Shown: positions 20,074 to 29,047 of the stretch, piece by piece | How the letters are laid out: every line of letters begins with the position of its first letter | Numbering within the stretch: position 1 is the first letter of the stretch | DNA from: a virus | Length of the DNA stretch: 64,000 nucleotides | IMG/VR virus record: IMGVR_UViG_3300050143_000020 | Location: 1,984 to 65,983 of that record | Strand: one strand, 5' to 3' | The notes under the pieces: model-generated | What the model saw: the letters and a program-made list of their open reading frames with translations, nothing else | What the model was told of the DNA's origin: nothing | Databases searched by the model: none | Position numbers and translations under genes: made by a program

Positions 20074-21372
20074 ATGTCTGATAAGATTATTCAAGCCGCA
20101 TATGTCAAAATGTTGGCTTTGAAAGAGAAGATTAGACGCAAACGCTTACTTCCTATTGCATATGATGGGAAGGTTGATTCAGAATATCAGAAGAAAGACA
20201 AGAAAGATGATCTAAAAGAATCTTTCTTCGGGATCAAAAATGTTCTGAGTGGCGAAGGCAGCACATCAAATAAATCCTTTGTATTGAATACATCAGATTT
20301 GAGTCTAGCAGAAAGACACGATCTTAAGAAGAAACATCTTCCAGCAGAGCCAGAGAACAAAGCATTGGAGGATCATGTCGATTCAATGATAGATTCTCAT
20401 CTTGCAGGAAATCATAATCCTAATTTATCTCTTGATATAGTTGAGGCAATCAGCAAACATTCTGTTCATGAAAACAGACTACAGATGAATGCAAAATATG
20501 GCTATGCAATAGCAAGGCAAAAAGATCCAACTCTACCAAACCCAGATAAGACACATAAGTCTGAATATACGACAGATGAGGTAAGAAATCATATCGCAAA
20601 TGGCTTCATACCTCATTCGTCTGGTGGGATTTTTCGATCTATTCATGATACGACTAATAGCATAAACTATCAGCATAATGATGGAAAATATCATCAAGTC
20701 AATAGCTTTAATTATGCTCAACTTGGAAAATTTAATGTTCCTGCAGATGAACTTAAAAAGTTCACAGATACAAGAGAATCTTTAGAAAGAATGGGTGTTG
20801 GTAATTATCAACACGAAAAAGCAATCGAAGAATATACCAGAACATCAGAGGGATTGAATAGATCTTTGATAGATTCTCATGTGAATAATACTGATCATGA
20901 AGATAATGAACATGCTCTACATAGTAAACATCTATCAGAAGCAATTCATCAAGCTACCCCAAAACCTGATTTTGACTTCCATGTTTACACAGGAATTTCT
21001 CATGAAATAAACATGAAGAAGATCATGGATGACAATAAGCATAAGCCTGTTGTTGCAGTTCACTTTCCTCCTTTCACATCAACATCATTGGTTAAATCTA
21101 CAGCATCAGGATTTGCTCATACAAAATTAGATGATCATATCAAAGGTGTCCGTCATGTTGCAGAAGTTTTGAAAATACATGTTCCTGCTGGACATAAAAG
21201 AGGAATGTATGTCGATCATTATTCATCAAATCCAGATGAACACGAATACATCTTGGATAAAGGACATGTTTTACATTTTCCTCATCAAGAACCAACATAT
21301 GAGTTCAAACATGGGACAGCTACAAGAACGTGGCATGCTCATATCAAACCGAACGGTGAAGAAGACGATTAA
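20074..21372 (+). CDS. ADP-ribosyltransferase-fold protein (VIP2/Alt-like C-terminal domain)
   Basis: YT..S..LN..L helix, VYTG, FTSTS, VLKIHVPAG, DEHEYILDKG; canonical Arg position reads Thr. Confidence 0.8.
   Translation: MSDKIIQAAYVKMLALKEKIRRKRLLPIAYDGKVDSEYQKKDKKDDLKESFFGIKNVLSGEGSTSNKSFVLNTSDLSLAERHDLKKKHLPAEPENKALEDHVDSMIDSHLAGNHNPNLSLDIVEAISKHSVHENRLQMNAKYGYAIARQKDPTLPNPDKTHKSEYTTDEVRNHIANGFIPHSSGGIFRSIHDTTNSINYQHNDGKYHQVNSFNYAQLGKFNVPADELKKFTDTRESLERMGVGNYQHEKAIEEYTRTSEGLNRSLIDSHVNNTDHEDNEHALHSKHLSEAIHQATPKPDFDFHVYTGISHEINMKKIMDDNKHKPVVAVHFPPFTSTSLVKSTASGFAHTKLDDHIKGVRHVAEVLKIHVPAGHKRGMYVDHYSSNPDEHEYILDKGHVLHFPHQEPTYEFKHGTATRTWHAHIKPNGEEDD
20149..20172 (+). repeat. 24-nt exact repeat, copy 1 (CTTCCTATTGCATATGATGGGAAG)
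   Basis: Identical to 38784..38807; both read LPIAYDGK in frame. Confidence 0.9.
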
Positions 21373-21383
21373 ATCTTGAATGA

Positions 21384-21389
21384 TAAATA
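21384..21389 (+). promoter_or_regulatory. Late promoter core TAAATA upstream of uvsW
   Basis: GATAAATAG; T4 uvsW is late-expressed. Confidence 0.55.
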
Positions 21390-21412
21390 GTTGAACCGTT
21401 ATGGAGTCAACT

Positions 21413-22921
21413 ATGAAAATCGAAAAATACAACGAATCCCATCTTAGAGTCTTTGCATCATCCGATGTTCTTTCGGAGATCAAAGACTTTTTTACATTCA
21501 AAGCTCCTGGATATAGGTGGCATCCAAAATTTAAAGCAAAACTATGGTCAGGGGATATCAGTCTGTTTAACATGCAAACGAACAAGCTTCCGTTAGGCTT
21601 GCATGACTTGCTTTTGACATACGCAGAAAAAGCAGGAGAAGATGTTGATTACATCGTAAATCCAAAATATACCGACTTCGGAAAAGAAGAAATTTCATAC
21701 GACGAACTCGTTGATTTCATAGGAACACTTCAGGTAACGAATTCAGAAGGTTTGCCTATAACCCCTAAAGACTATCAAATCGATGCAGTATACAGCGCTC
21801 TAGTCAATCGTAGACGTACTCTGTCTATGCCAACTGGCTCTGGTAAGTCTTTAACGATTTATATCATCATTCGATGGCTTCTTGCTCGTGAGAAAAGAGT
21901 ATGTCTCCTGGTTCCTTCTGTATCTTTGGTGAAACAAATGATTTCTGACTTCATCGAATATTCTATCGGAAATGGGTTTGATATAGATTCAATGTCTACT
22001 CTTCTTTTCTCTGGACAAGAACGAAATTTTGATCCTCCTATCTTGATTTCTACATGGCAGACAATCTCCAAGATGATAAAGTTATCACATGGAATGAAGG
22101 TCTTGAATTCATACGATGGGATCATCATAGACGAATGCCATACCGCGAAGGGGACTGAGCTTCAGAAAATCCTAGATTTAGCAACTGATGTTCCATATAA
22201 AATCGGTACGACAGGAACAGTCGATAAAGAAAAAATCAACGAATTATCAATCGTTGGTGCTCTAGGACCAATCGAGAAGATCATCACAACAAAAGAGCTA
22301 ATGGATAGCGGATCTCTTTCTGATATGATCATCAAAGGGATCATTCTCCAGTATCCAGAAGAAACATGTAAACTCAATAAATCTCTGGAATACCAAGACG
22401 AATTATCTTTCATATGTGCTCATAACGAAAGAAGCAAGATCATTGCAAATCTAGCTTTTGCGTCTACAGGGACAACGATGATCATGTGCAACTTTATTGA
22501 TAAGCATCTCATTCCTCTCTATGAATACATCAAATCAAGAGCAGAGAAATACGGAAGAGAAGTTTATATGATTCATGGAGGTATTTCTGCTGATGAAAGA
22601 GAACGGATCAGAAAATATGCTATCGCAAATCCAGGCATCATTCTTGTGGTTAGCTATGCAACATGTCAGGCAGGTATAAATATTCCGAACATAGAAAATG
22701 TTATCTTCGGATCTCCATCAAAATCTATGATTCGTGTCTTACAGTCAATCGGACGAGGACTCAGAAAAGTAGAAGGAAAGAAGATGACTTTGATTGATAT
22801 CGTAGATGATATGCGATACAAGAAATATGAAAACACAATCTTCAAACACTTCCTTGAAAGAATGAAGATTTACAGAATCGAAAAGTTTGACATTGAACTG
22901 AAAGAGATACAAATCAAATGA
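21413..22921 (+). CDS. uvsW: UvsW SF2 DNA helicase
   Basis: FTFKAPGYRWHPKFK..W.G.I.LF; PTGSGKS; DECH; QSIGRGLRK; start moved to the ATG after the GGAG RBS. Confidence 0.95.
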   Translation: MKIEKYNESHLRVFASSDVLSEIKDFFTFKAPGYRWHPKFKAKLWSGDISLFNMQTNKLPLGLHDLLLTYAEKAGEDVDYIVNPKYTDFGKEEISYDELVDFIGTLQVTNSEGLPITPKDYQIDAVYSALVNRRRTLSMPTGSGKSLTIYIIIRWLLAREKRVCLLVPSVSLVKQMISDFIEYSIGNGFDIDSMSTLLFSGQERNFDPPILISTWQTISKMIKLSHGMKVLNSYDGIIIDECHTAKGTELQKILDLATDVPYKIGTTGTVDKEKINELSIVGALGPIEKIITTKELMDSGSLSDMIIKGIILQYPEETCKLNKSLEYQDELSFICAHNERSKIIANLAFASTGTTMIMCNFIDKHLIPLYEYIKSRAEKYGREVYMIHGGISADERERIRKYAIANPGIILVVSYATCQAGINIPNIENVIFGSPSKSMIRVLQSIGRGLRKVEGKKMTLIDIVDDMRYKKYENTIFKHFLERMKIYRIEKFDIELKEIQIK

Positions 22922-23310
22922 ATCTAGTCAACTATGGTATATCAGACGCTACAGTTCTTTTCAAGAACATTGTACTTGCTAGACTGAAAACAGGAGAGAA
23001 TCTTATCTCCTATTCTTACCATCATTCAAATGGAATAGTTCTTTTCTTGCCCATGGAACTTGTCAGACAAGAAGATGATTCATTCAGCATGAGATCGTTC
23101 TTGCCATTTGTTAAAGAGAGAATCTTTTACATCTCGATTGATGATGTTCAACTTGTAAAGAGTAATCTCATCCAATACATCTCTGATTCATACATTAAAA
23201 TGACAGAGACTCTTTACAAGAATGATATAGATGATGTTCTCTTCTCTGCTGAATCATTCAAGCAAGTAGAAGCTGAAATAGAGTTATCATCTGGAGCTAT
23301 CGTACACTAA
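22918..23310 (+). CDS. Hypothetical protein downstream of uvsW
   Basis: 130 aa ORF with ATGA overlap; ends ..VH like proteins at this position in T4-like phages. Confidence 0.6.
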   Translation: MNLVNYGISDATVLFKNIVLARLKTGENLISYSYHHSNGIVLFLPMELVRQEDDSFSMRSFLPFVKERIFYISIDDVQLVKSNLIQYISDSYIKMTETLYKNDIDDVLFSAESFKQVEAEIELSSGAIVH

Positions 23311-23329
23311 TCTTCATGTAACTGATCAT

Positions 23330-23883
23330 AGCTACGCCCCGTCATGGTGATAAAGACCTGATTGATAGGAATTTATTGAAACCTTATGACGTGCAGTTCC
23401 TTTTATTGAGTGAGGAACTCTTAAGAAATGAATCTTATCAATTGTATCAAAAGAGAAGAATATCAGGAATGATGGAATCTGGAACGAAAGTGACAGTCAG
23501 TCAAAGATGAGGACCTCAATGCTTTTATTCTTTAGGATTTATAGTGGATTGTTCTTATTATTCTTTTATCAATCGTAGTTCGTATTCTAGTGATTTCTTT
23601 CAACTTTGTTATCAGGCGCATTTTTATTCCTCACGGAAACAGATTGCCAACTGTTACTAATATCACCAATAGAGCCTGTTTATTCTGTAGTAATCAACTA
23701 CATGACCTGCGGGGCGTAGAAGACAGTGTATAACTCACCGTCTGAACAGGAAGTGCTAATCTTTTTTGACTAAGCACAAAACTTTTCCAAAGCATTCTCA
23801 TATCTTCGGAGCTCATTTGTCTAGCATCTCTTTTCTTTCCAGCAACCGAGACATGGTTCTTTTCTAAAGGAGGAAGTCCTATG
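23330..23883 (-). ncRNA. Candidate structured non-coding transcript or origin-priming RNA
   Basis: Gene-free ~750-bp gap; minus-strand sigma70 promoter; long-range stem 23332-23346/23701-23719; hairpins with G-U pairs only on the minus strand. Confidence 0.4.
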
Positions 23884-23889
23884 ATTTTA

Positions 23890-23918
23890 AGTTTACACCG
23901 ATCCGACATCATTGTCAA
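23890..23918 (-). promoter_or_regulatory. Sigma70-type promoter TTGACA-17-TAAACT firing leftward
   Basis: Reverse complement of 23890-23918 matches the early promoter consensus used elsewhere in the window. Confidence 0.7.
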
Positions 23919-24007
23919 GCTCTTTTTGTAAAATATTTTTAATCATGCTTCTATTTACTATACCATCTTTTGATTCGAGATGAACAACAAGAAAAATCAG
24001 AAAGATC

Positions 24008-24036
24008 TTGACATCTATCAACTATTTTGTTATAGT
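24008..24036 (+). promoter_or_regulatory. Early promoter TTGACA-17-TATAGT
   Basis: Direct consensus match, divergent from the minus-strand promoter. Confidence 0.8.
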
Positions 24037-24069
24037 TATGACATTGTTTAGTTATGACTGGAGATTATT

Positions 24070-24303
24070 ATGAAAGAATTGACCTTTAAGCTGCCTAAGT
24101 TTTTTCGTAAGCCATTGGCTAAGACGTTCATCGATCTTCCTTCTGGTCATCGTATCTATAGCGAGATCTTGCGTGGTCCGAATACAGTGTGTTTCATCTT
24201 TGCTCCTGTGAAGATTTTTGGTAAGATCTTGTTTCGTCGTCCTACTTTTGTTTGGACAAATTCTATTCAAAATGCGATCGTTTGGGTGAACAACTATGCC
24301 TAA
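24070..24303 (+). CDS. Hypothetical protein
   Basis: GGAG RBS; first gene after promoter. Confidence 0.7.
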   Translation: MKELTFKLPKFFRKPLAKTFIDLPSGHRIYSEILRGPNTVCFIFAPVKIFGKILFRRPTFVWTNSIQNAIVWVNNYA

Positions 24304-24544
24304 TATTAACAGTGCATATTATTTCTTTTGTCTTGGCTTTCGTAGTGTGGTTACATACAATGATACGATTTTGAATGATGAAGATGAAGCTTGGAGTAAT
24401 GTCTTATCTGACAACACAATCGTAGCTTCATTGAAAGATTCTTCCGAAGATCGATTACGCGAAGTTGTTTTTGCTGTTCTAGAAGGATTTACAATTGATC
24501 ATACAGTAAGAAAAATGTTGGAGAAAGCATACTATGGCAACTAA
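24296..24544 (+). CDS. Hypothetical protein
   Basis: ORF track; overlapping operon packing. Confidence 0.6.
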   Translation: MPNINSAYYFFCLGFRSVVTYNDTILNDEDEAWSNVLSDNTIVASLKDSSEDRLREVVFAVLEGFTIDHTVRKMLEKAYYGN

Positions 24545-24553
24545 TCTTGTTTC

Positions 24554-24922
24554 ATGTCCTATGTGTGGAAAACGTTTATCATGAGAAATATCAACCGCTA
24601 TAACATTCAGTATTGGCTTTATGCTGTTCTAAATAAACAGTACGGCGAACTCGTTAAGTTGGATCGTTCATATGTTGCTCGTATGTATGATGTGAACAAA
24701 CACGATTTCGAGATCAACATAATTTTTAACAGAGACAACGATGCCCTCGAATCGATTCGAGATTTTCTGAATCGAAAATTGCTAGACTCTGGTTACAAAT
24801 TGACAACAGGATTTTATGAAAAGTTCTTTGGCAACAAACGCGTGGTGATTCGTTTGACTTTTGGAAAGATGCTGGATGACGAATACCATCTTTCATTGTC
24901 TTCTTGGGTGTATTCAAAATGA
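24554..24922 (+). CDS. Hypothetical protein
   Basis: ORF track; operon packing. Confidence 0.6.
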   Translation: MSYVWKTFIMRNINRYNIQYWLYAVLNKQYGELVKLDRSYVARMYDVNKHDFEINIIFNRDNDALESIRDFLNRKLLDSGYKLTTGFYEKFFGNKRVVIRLTFGKMLDDEYHLSLSSWVYSK

Positions 24923-25683
24923 AAATTCATCTGATTTCTGATCTTCATTGCGATTTTTCTCCATACAGAAATGAATTTCCAGATGAAGCAGATGTTGTTG
25001 TGATTGCAGGAGATGTTGCTGAAGACATCAAACATCTCCGTGATATCTGTAACTATAATTCGATGCATGATATTATTTTTGTTCCTGGTAATCATGATTT
25101 TTATGGTGGCTCTATAGAAGTACGTTTGATGATGTTTGCAGAACTAGAAAATGAATGTAAGAATCTGAAAGTATTGTATAATCAATCTATCACGATTGGT
25201 GACGTTGATTTCTTTGGTACGACTTTGTGGTCTAACATGAATGCGTACCCAGAACATCAATATCATATGAAGCAGTGGTATCCTGTAGGACTGAGTGATT
25301 CTCGTTACATCTATGACTGGGATGCTGATATGATGATTGCAGAGTTTAATCTTGCGAAGCGATCTATCGAAGAATTTCTCGATGCCCCTAGTCTGAATAA
25401 GAAAGTTGTAATCACTCATTTTTCTCCTTCTTTGAATTCTGTCCATGAAAGATTTAAAAATGATGTTCCTTTTAATTCATACTGGTGTAACAGTCTTCAA
25501 ACAAAACTGATCACCAAAGCAGATATCTGGATGCATGGACATGTCCATAATGTATTTGACTACGAAGTCTTCTCTTATGAAACGCTAGAATCTTGTCGTG
25601 TTGTTTGTAATCCTCGTGGTTATGTTTCAAAATATGGGATCGAGAACCTAGAATTCGATCCAACATTGATTCTGGAGATTTGA
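24919..25683 (+). CDS. Calcineurin-like metallophosphoesterase
   Basis: ISDLH, IAGD, PGNHDFY, THFSP, HGHVH, NPRGY motifs. Confidence 0.9.
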   Translation: MKIHLISDLHCDFSPYRNEFPDEADVVVIAGDVAEDIKHLRDICNYNSMHDIIFVPGNHDFYGGSIEVRLMMFAELENECKNLKVLYNQSITIGDVDFFGTTLWSNMNAYPEHQYHMKQWYPVGLSDSRYIYDWDADMMIAEFNLAKRSIEEFLDAPSLNKKVVITHFSPSLNSVHERFKNDVPFNSYWCNSLQTKLITKADIWMHGHVHNVFDYEVFSYETLESCRVVCNPRGYVSKYGIENLEFDPTLILEI

Positions 25684-25684
25684 T

Positions 25685-26083
25685 ATGGTAAAATTTCAAA
25701 AATGTCATAAAATATGGGATGATCATGATCATCCATTGGAATTCTCTGGCGTGATTGATGTCGCTTTATATGTGGGTTCATTCTTTCATGCAAATATAAA
25801 TCTTCCAGCAAGAAATGGATACGACGATACGAGCTCTGTTTTTGCAGATGATGTAATAGTTGGTTGGATTCATTACGACTATTTCGATTTCAATTCAGCA
25901 TTGACTAAATTACGCAACGGCGTAAAAATGCGAAGATCTTGTTGGTTGCATGATCGACATATTTTCATAGAAAAATTCATGACCAAAAATGTTGTGAGTA
26001 TGCAATACATTAAATGGTCAGAGGCATACTATTTTTCATTGGAAGACATCGATGCTATTGATTGGATGGTTGTCAATGAGTGA
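25685..26083 (+). CDS. Two-part protein with C-terminal DUF2829/Tad2-like domain
   Basis: DFNSALTKLRNGVKMRRSCW ... FSLEDIDAIDWMVV matches the F..AL..LK.G.K..R..W ... D..A.DW.VV pattern. Confidence 0.6.
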   Translation: MVKFQKCHKIWDDHDHPLEFSGVIDVALYVGSFFHANINLPARNGYDDTSSVFADDVIVGWIHYDYFDFNSALTKLRNGVKMRRSCWLHDRHIFIEKFMTKNVVSMQYIKWSEAYYFSLEDIDAIDWMVVNE

Positions 26084-26282
26084 TATCAAAACTAAAATTC
26101 AGTTCTGCGTTGCTATGAATGAAAATTTTGTCTTGGATTTTTGCGAGTATGATCCAAACAATATTCAGAAGATGCAGAAATATCAAGAATGGATTGATGC
26201 AAAAAGAAATGATAAGATTTTGTGGCATATCAAGACAATTTCTACAGATATCTTGTATCCTTACTCTGTAGAAACCATATGA
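26076..26282 (+). CDS. Hypothetical protein
   Basis: ORF track; internal ATG overlapping the upstream gene end. Confidence 0.55.
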   Translation: MSDIKTKIQFCVAMNENFVLDFCEYDPNNIQKMQKYQEWIDAKRNDKILWHIKTISTDILYPYSVETI

Positions 26283-26590
26283 GATATCATGTTCGTTGTC
26301 GTAAATGTCAAGCAAGAAGAGTTTTGAGCAAGCATCCAGATGCATACGCGCTTGCTCCTGTTTGCCGAAGCATTGGGTGTGGATCCAGAGCATATCGAGT
26401 CGATAAGTGGATGATGAATCGTAACACATCTGCAACAGGCCTTAATGCACTTGGATGTAATTGTGGAGGTGTTCCTTTTTCTGGTGGCGGAAATATTCAT
26501 CGAAAAGGAACAACGTATTGTTGGTTTCGTAAGGATGGATCACCCAGATATCCAGGAGATCCAGATTTTAAAGATGCTAGAGAGGACTAG
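26279..26590 (+). CDS. Cys-rich putative zinc-binding protein
   Basis: CRKC, C...GC, CNC...HRKG...C motifs; ATGA overlap. Confidence 0.65.
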   Translation: MRYHVRCRKCQARRVLSKHPDAYALAPVCRSIGCGSRAYRVDKWMMNRNTSATGLNALGCNCGGVPFSGGGNIHRKGTTYCWFRKDGSPRYPGDPDFKDARED

Positions 26591-26592
26591 TT

Positions 26593-27132
26593 TTGGCTTT
26601 TGATTTATTGCGCGTGAACTGCATGATTGACTTAGAAACACTTGCTACACATTTTGATGCAGGTGTTCTTTCAATCGGAGCTGTGAAATTTGATTACAGA
26701 GGAATTCAAGATCGATTTTACATGAATGTAAAGTTGTCTTCTACAAAGAAATATAACTTATTCATTGATCCAGATACACTTCGTTGGTGGAATGAACAGA
26801 AGCCTGGTATCATAGAATCTATGTTTGTAAAATCTGTTCCTCTTGATGTTGCTCTTCTGGCATTTTCTGAATGGTACGGAAAAGATAGCATGAACACTTG
26901 GTCTAATGGATCTGCTTTTGACCAAGTAATTCTACGGAATTGTTACAGAAAGATTGATAAGAAAGAACCTTGGGATTTCTGGCATGAAAATTGTTACAGA
27001 ACTCTGAAGGGATTGATTGATGCAGATAAGAAACTTCAACCTCCTGTCAATGAACAGCTACACAATGCAATGGCAGATGCAGAATGGCAGGCGAATCATA
27101 TGATCAACATGTGGTACGTTTGGGCTGCTTGA
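26593..27132 (+). CDS. DEDDh 3'-5' exonuclease (RNase AS/Rv2179c-like)
   Basis: MIDLETL, SIGAV, WSNG..FD..IL, CYRT, HNAMADA..QA; TTG start with AGGA RBS. Confidence 0.85.
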   Translation: MAFDLLRVNCMIDLETLATHFDAGVLSIGAVKFDYRGIQDRFYMNVKLSSTKKYNLFIDPDTLRWWNEQKPGIIESMFVKSVPLDVALLAFSEWYGKDSMNTWSNGSAFDQVILRNCYRKIDKKEPWDFWHENCYRTLKGLIDADKKLQPPVNEQLHNAMADAEWQANHMINMWYVWAA

Positions 27133-27157
27133 CATCTTGATTCGTTTTCTGTAAAAT
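27129..27157 (+). promoter_or_regulatory. Early promoter TTGACA-17-TAAAAT
   Basis: Consensus match. Confidence 0.75.
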
Positions 27158-27179
27158 ACATGAAACTTTGGAGATTATT

Positions 27180-27377
27180 ATGAACTTAACATGGAAAAAT
27201 GTAATGAACACATCCCATATTCGATATGGTTGGATCAAAGATGTCTTTGATCTGGCTCAGGAAACTGGATATCCATATTTCGTTTGGAATGATCGAGTAT
27301 ATGAATCCAAAGAAGCAAAATTTGTGAATTATGTGTATGATCGAACGTCAGACACTTTTGTGGAATATCAATCATGA
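27180..27377 (+). CDS. Hypothetical protein
   Basis: GGAG RBS. Confidence 0.65.
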   Translation: MNLTWKNVMNTSHIRYGWIKDVFDLAQETGYPYFVWNDRVYESKEAKFVNYVYDRTSDTFVEYQS

Positions 27378-27598
27378 AGCAAGCCAGTTTTGTAAACGAT
27401 TTCTTGATCAAAGCTTTTTTGAATTCTCATTTGAAATTCATTAAGAATGAGAATTTAGATGCGACTATTGTAGATAAAGGCAAAGATTCGAATGGATACA
27501 TCCAGTCATTCAAGGAACCAGCTCTTCAGCTACTTTGGAATGAATGGCAAGCAGCAGCAACTGCTGTTCTGACTGTGATTGATTGCTATCTTGAATGA
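27374..27598 (+). CDS. Hypothetical protein
   Basis: ATGA overlap. Confidence 0.6.
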   Translation: MKQASFVNDFLIKAFLNSHLKFIKNENLDATIVDKGKDSNGYIQSFKEPALQLLWNEWQAAATAVLTVIDCYLE

Positions 27599-27789
27599 TT
27601 AGTCACATCCATTACATGGAATTACCTAAAAGATATCTTGCAGATCCTGCATCTGAATTTATGTCTTTTGGTGAGTGGTTTTGTAGAAATTATTTGAAGC
27701 ATGATGATGCAGAGTTATTCTATGAAAAAGAATTGCTCAAGGCAGGTGCTATCATTGGTATGAAATACGTTAAAAAGGAAAAAGAATGA
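27595..27789 (+). CDS. Hypothetical protein
   Basis: ATGA overlap. Confidence 0.55.
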   Translation: MISHIHYMELPKRYLADPASEFMSFGEWFCRNYLKHDDAELFYEKELLKAGAIIGMKYVKKEKE

Positions 27790-28217
27790 CGTTGATTGAA
27801 CAAATTAAGAAAGACCAGCTAGATGCTCGTAAAAATCGAGAAGAAATCAAGAAGAATCTTCTGACGACTCTGATTGGAGAAGCATCCAAGATTAGCAAAG
27901 ATGCACATGGCGGAGATCCAACTGATCAAGAAGTCATTGCTACTGTAAAGAAGTTCATTAAGAATACAGATGAACTGCTATCTCATTCTCCTGGGAATTT
28001 TACTGCAATTCAAGAAAAGACTATTCTAGTTGGATATTTGCCAGCACAATTGTCTCGTTTGGAAATCATGAACATCATCATGAATGAAAAATTCAATCTC
28101 AAAGATAATAAAATCATTGGGATCGTTATGAGCTTCTTTAAGACAAATTATGAAGGTCGTTATGATGCCAAGCTTGTTCAAGAAATTCTGAAGGAACTTA
28201 AAGATACAGCATGCTAA
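27786..28217 (+). CDS. GatB/YqeY-like protein
   Basis: L.EQIK.D...ARK.......L.TL.GE......D.EV....KKFIK...E....L..YLP.QLS pattern. Confidence 0.75.
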   Translation: MTLIEQIKKDQLDARKNREEIKKNLLTTLIGEASKISKDAHGGDPTDQEVIATVKKFIKNTDELLSHSPGNFTAIQEKTILVGYLPAQLSRLEIMNIIMNEKFNLKDNKIIGIVMSFFKTNYEGRYDAKLVQEILKELKDTAC

Positions 28218-28645
28218 AACTGCTTCAAGAGCAATGGGCGAAAGATACGATCATTGACTCCGCTAACATTGATGATGAAATTGTCAAGATTCCAAAACTT
28301 CATCAGAAGTACCTGGATATCTTGACACATCTGAAGATTCATGTCTTCAAGAAACAAGCAGAATTTCTTAAGCTGAAAGGTGCCAGAACTCGTTATTATT
28401 CTGGTACAATGGGCAGAGAAGATCTTGCAGATTACGGATGGGAACAATATCAAGGTAAACAGCCATTAAAGTCTGAACTCGAACGCTTGCTTGAAGTAGA
28501 TCCAATTCTTTTGGCTTCTGAAGAAAAGCTATTCGAACTAAAGGCTTCTTTTGAATATTGTGAGTCTGTTATGAATTCTCTGAAATGGCGAGGTTCAGAA
28601 TTGAAGACAATCATGGAATGGAAACGTTTTATAGCCGGAGGTTGA
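28211..28645 (+). CDS. uvsY: UvsY recombination mediator
   Basis: W.KD.II....D.E..KIPKLH.KYL ... YYSG ... WKRFIAG. Confidence 0.85.
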   Translation: MLKLLQEQWAKDTIIDSANIDDEIVKIPKLHQKYLDILTHLKIHVFKKQAEFLKLKGARTRYYSGTMGREDLADYGWEQYQGKQPLKSELERLLEVDPILLASEEKLFELKASFEYCESVMNSLKWRGSELKTIMEWKRFIAGG

Positions 28646-28646
28646 T

Positions 28647-28988
28647 ATGACAACAAAATTCATGTGGGAAATTCTTGTTCCAACTGTCAGACCAAACACA
28701 GAAGGAACAAAGTTCTTCAAGACTCGATATCACAGAGTCTGGGATGCAAAGGTTCGAGAAATCACAGGTGGATTGACTATCATGTCTCCTGTTAAGGGAC
28801 AATGGTGTTCTTTGGATAATATTCTCTTTGAAGAAAAGATGATTCCTGTTAGGATTGTAGCAACTAGATCTGAGATTGAAGATGTGATTGCTTTCACTCT
28901 TGATTACTATGAACAGGAAGCTGTATTGGCATACAAAATCAGCGAAGAAGTCATCTTCAAAAAATCTGGATTGAAGAATTCTTCTTAG
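28647..28988 (+). CDS. Conserved phage hypothetical protein
   Basis: WEILVPT...YHRVWD.KVR...GGLTI..P.KGQW. Confidence 0.65.
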   Translation: MTTKFMWEILVPTVRPNTEGTKFFKTRYHRVWDAKVREITGGLTIMSPVKGQWCSLDNILFEEKMIPVRIVATRSEIEDVIAFTLDYYEQEAVLAYKISEEVIFKKSGLKNSS

Positions 28989-28991
28989 AGC

Positions 28992-29020
28992 TTTACTTTC
29001 TTTGATTCGTTTGTTATAAT
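28992..29020 (+). promoter_or_regulatory. Early promoter TTTACT-17-TATAAT
   Basis: Consensus-like; same form at 33582. Confidence 0.7.
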
Positions 29021-29047
29021 CACTTTATTGGAACTTAGGAGATTGTT

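Noticed and set aside
23866-23880. GAGGAAGTCC resembling the RNase P RNA 5' motif
   Set aside because: One base short, no matching 3' partner motif, and immediately followed by promoters
23694-23918. 74-aa minus-strand ORF in the non-coding gap
   Set aside because: Its TTG start is the -35 box of the promoter; internal ATGs lack an RBS
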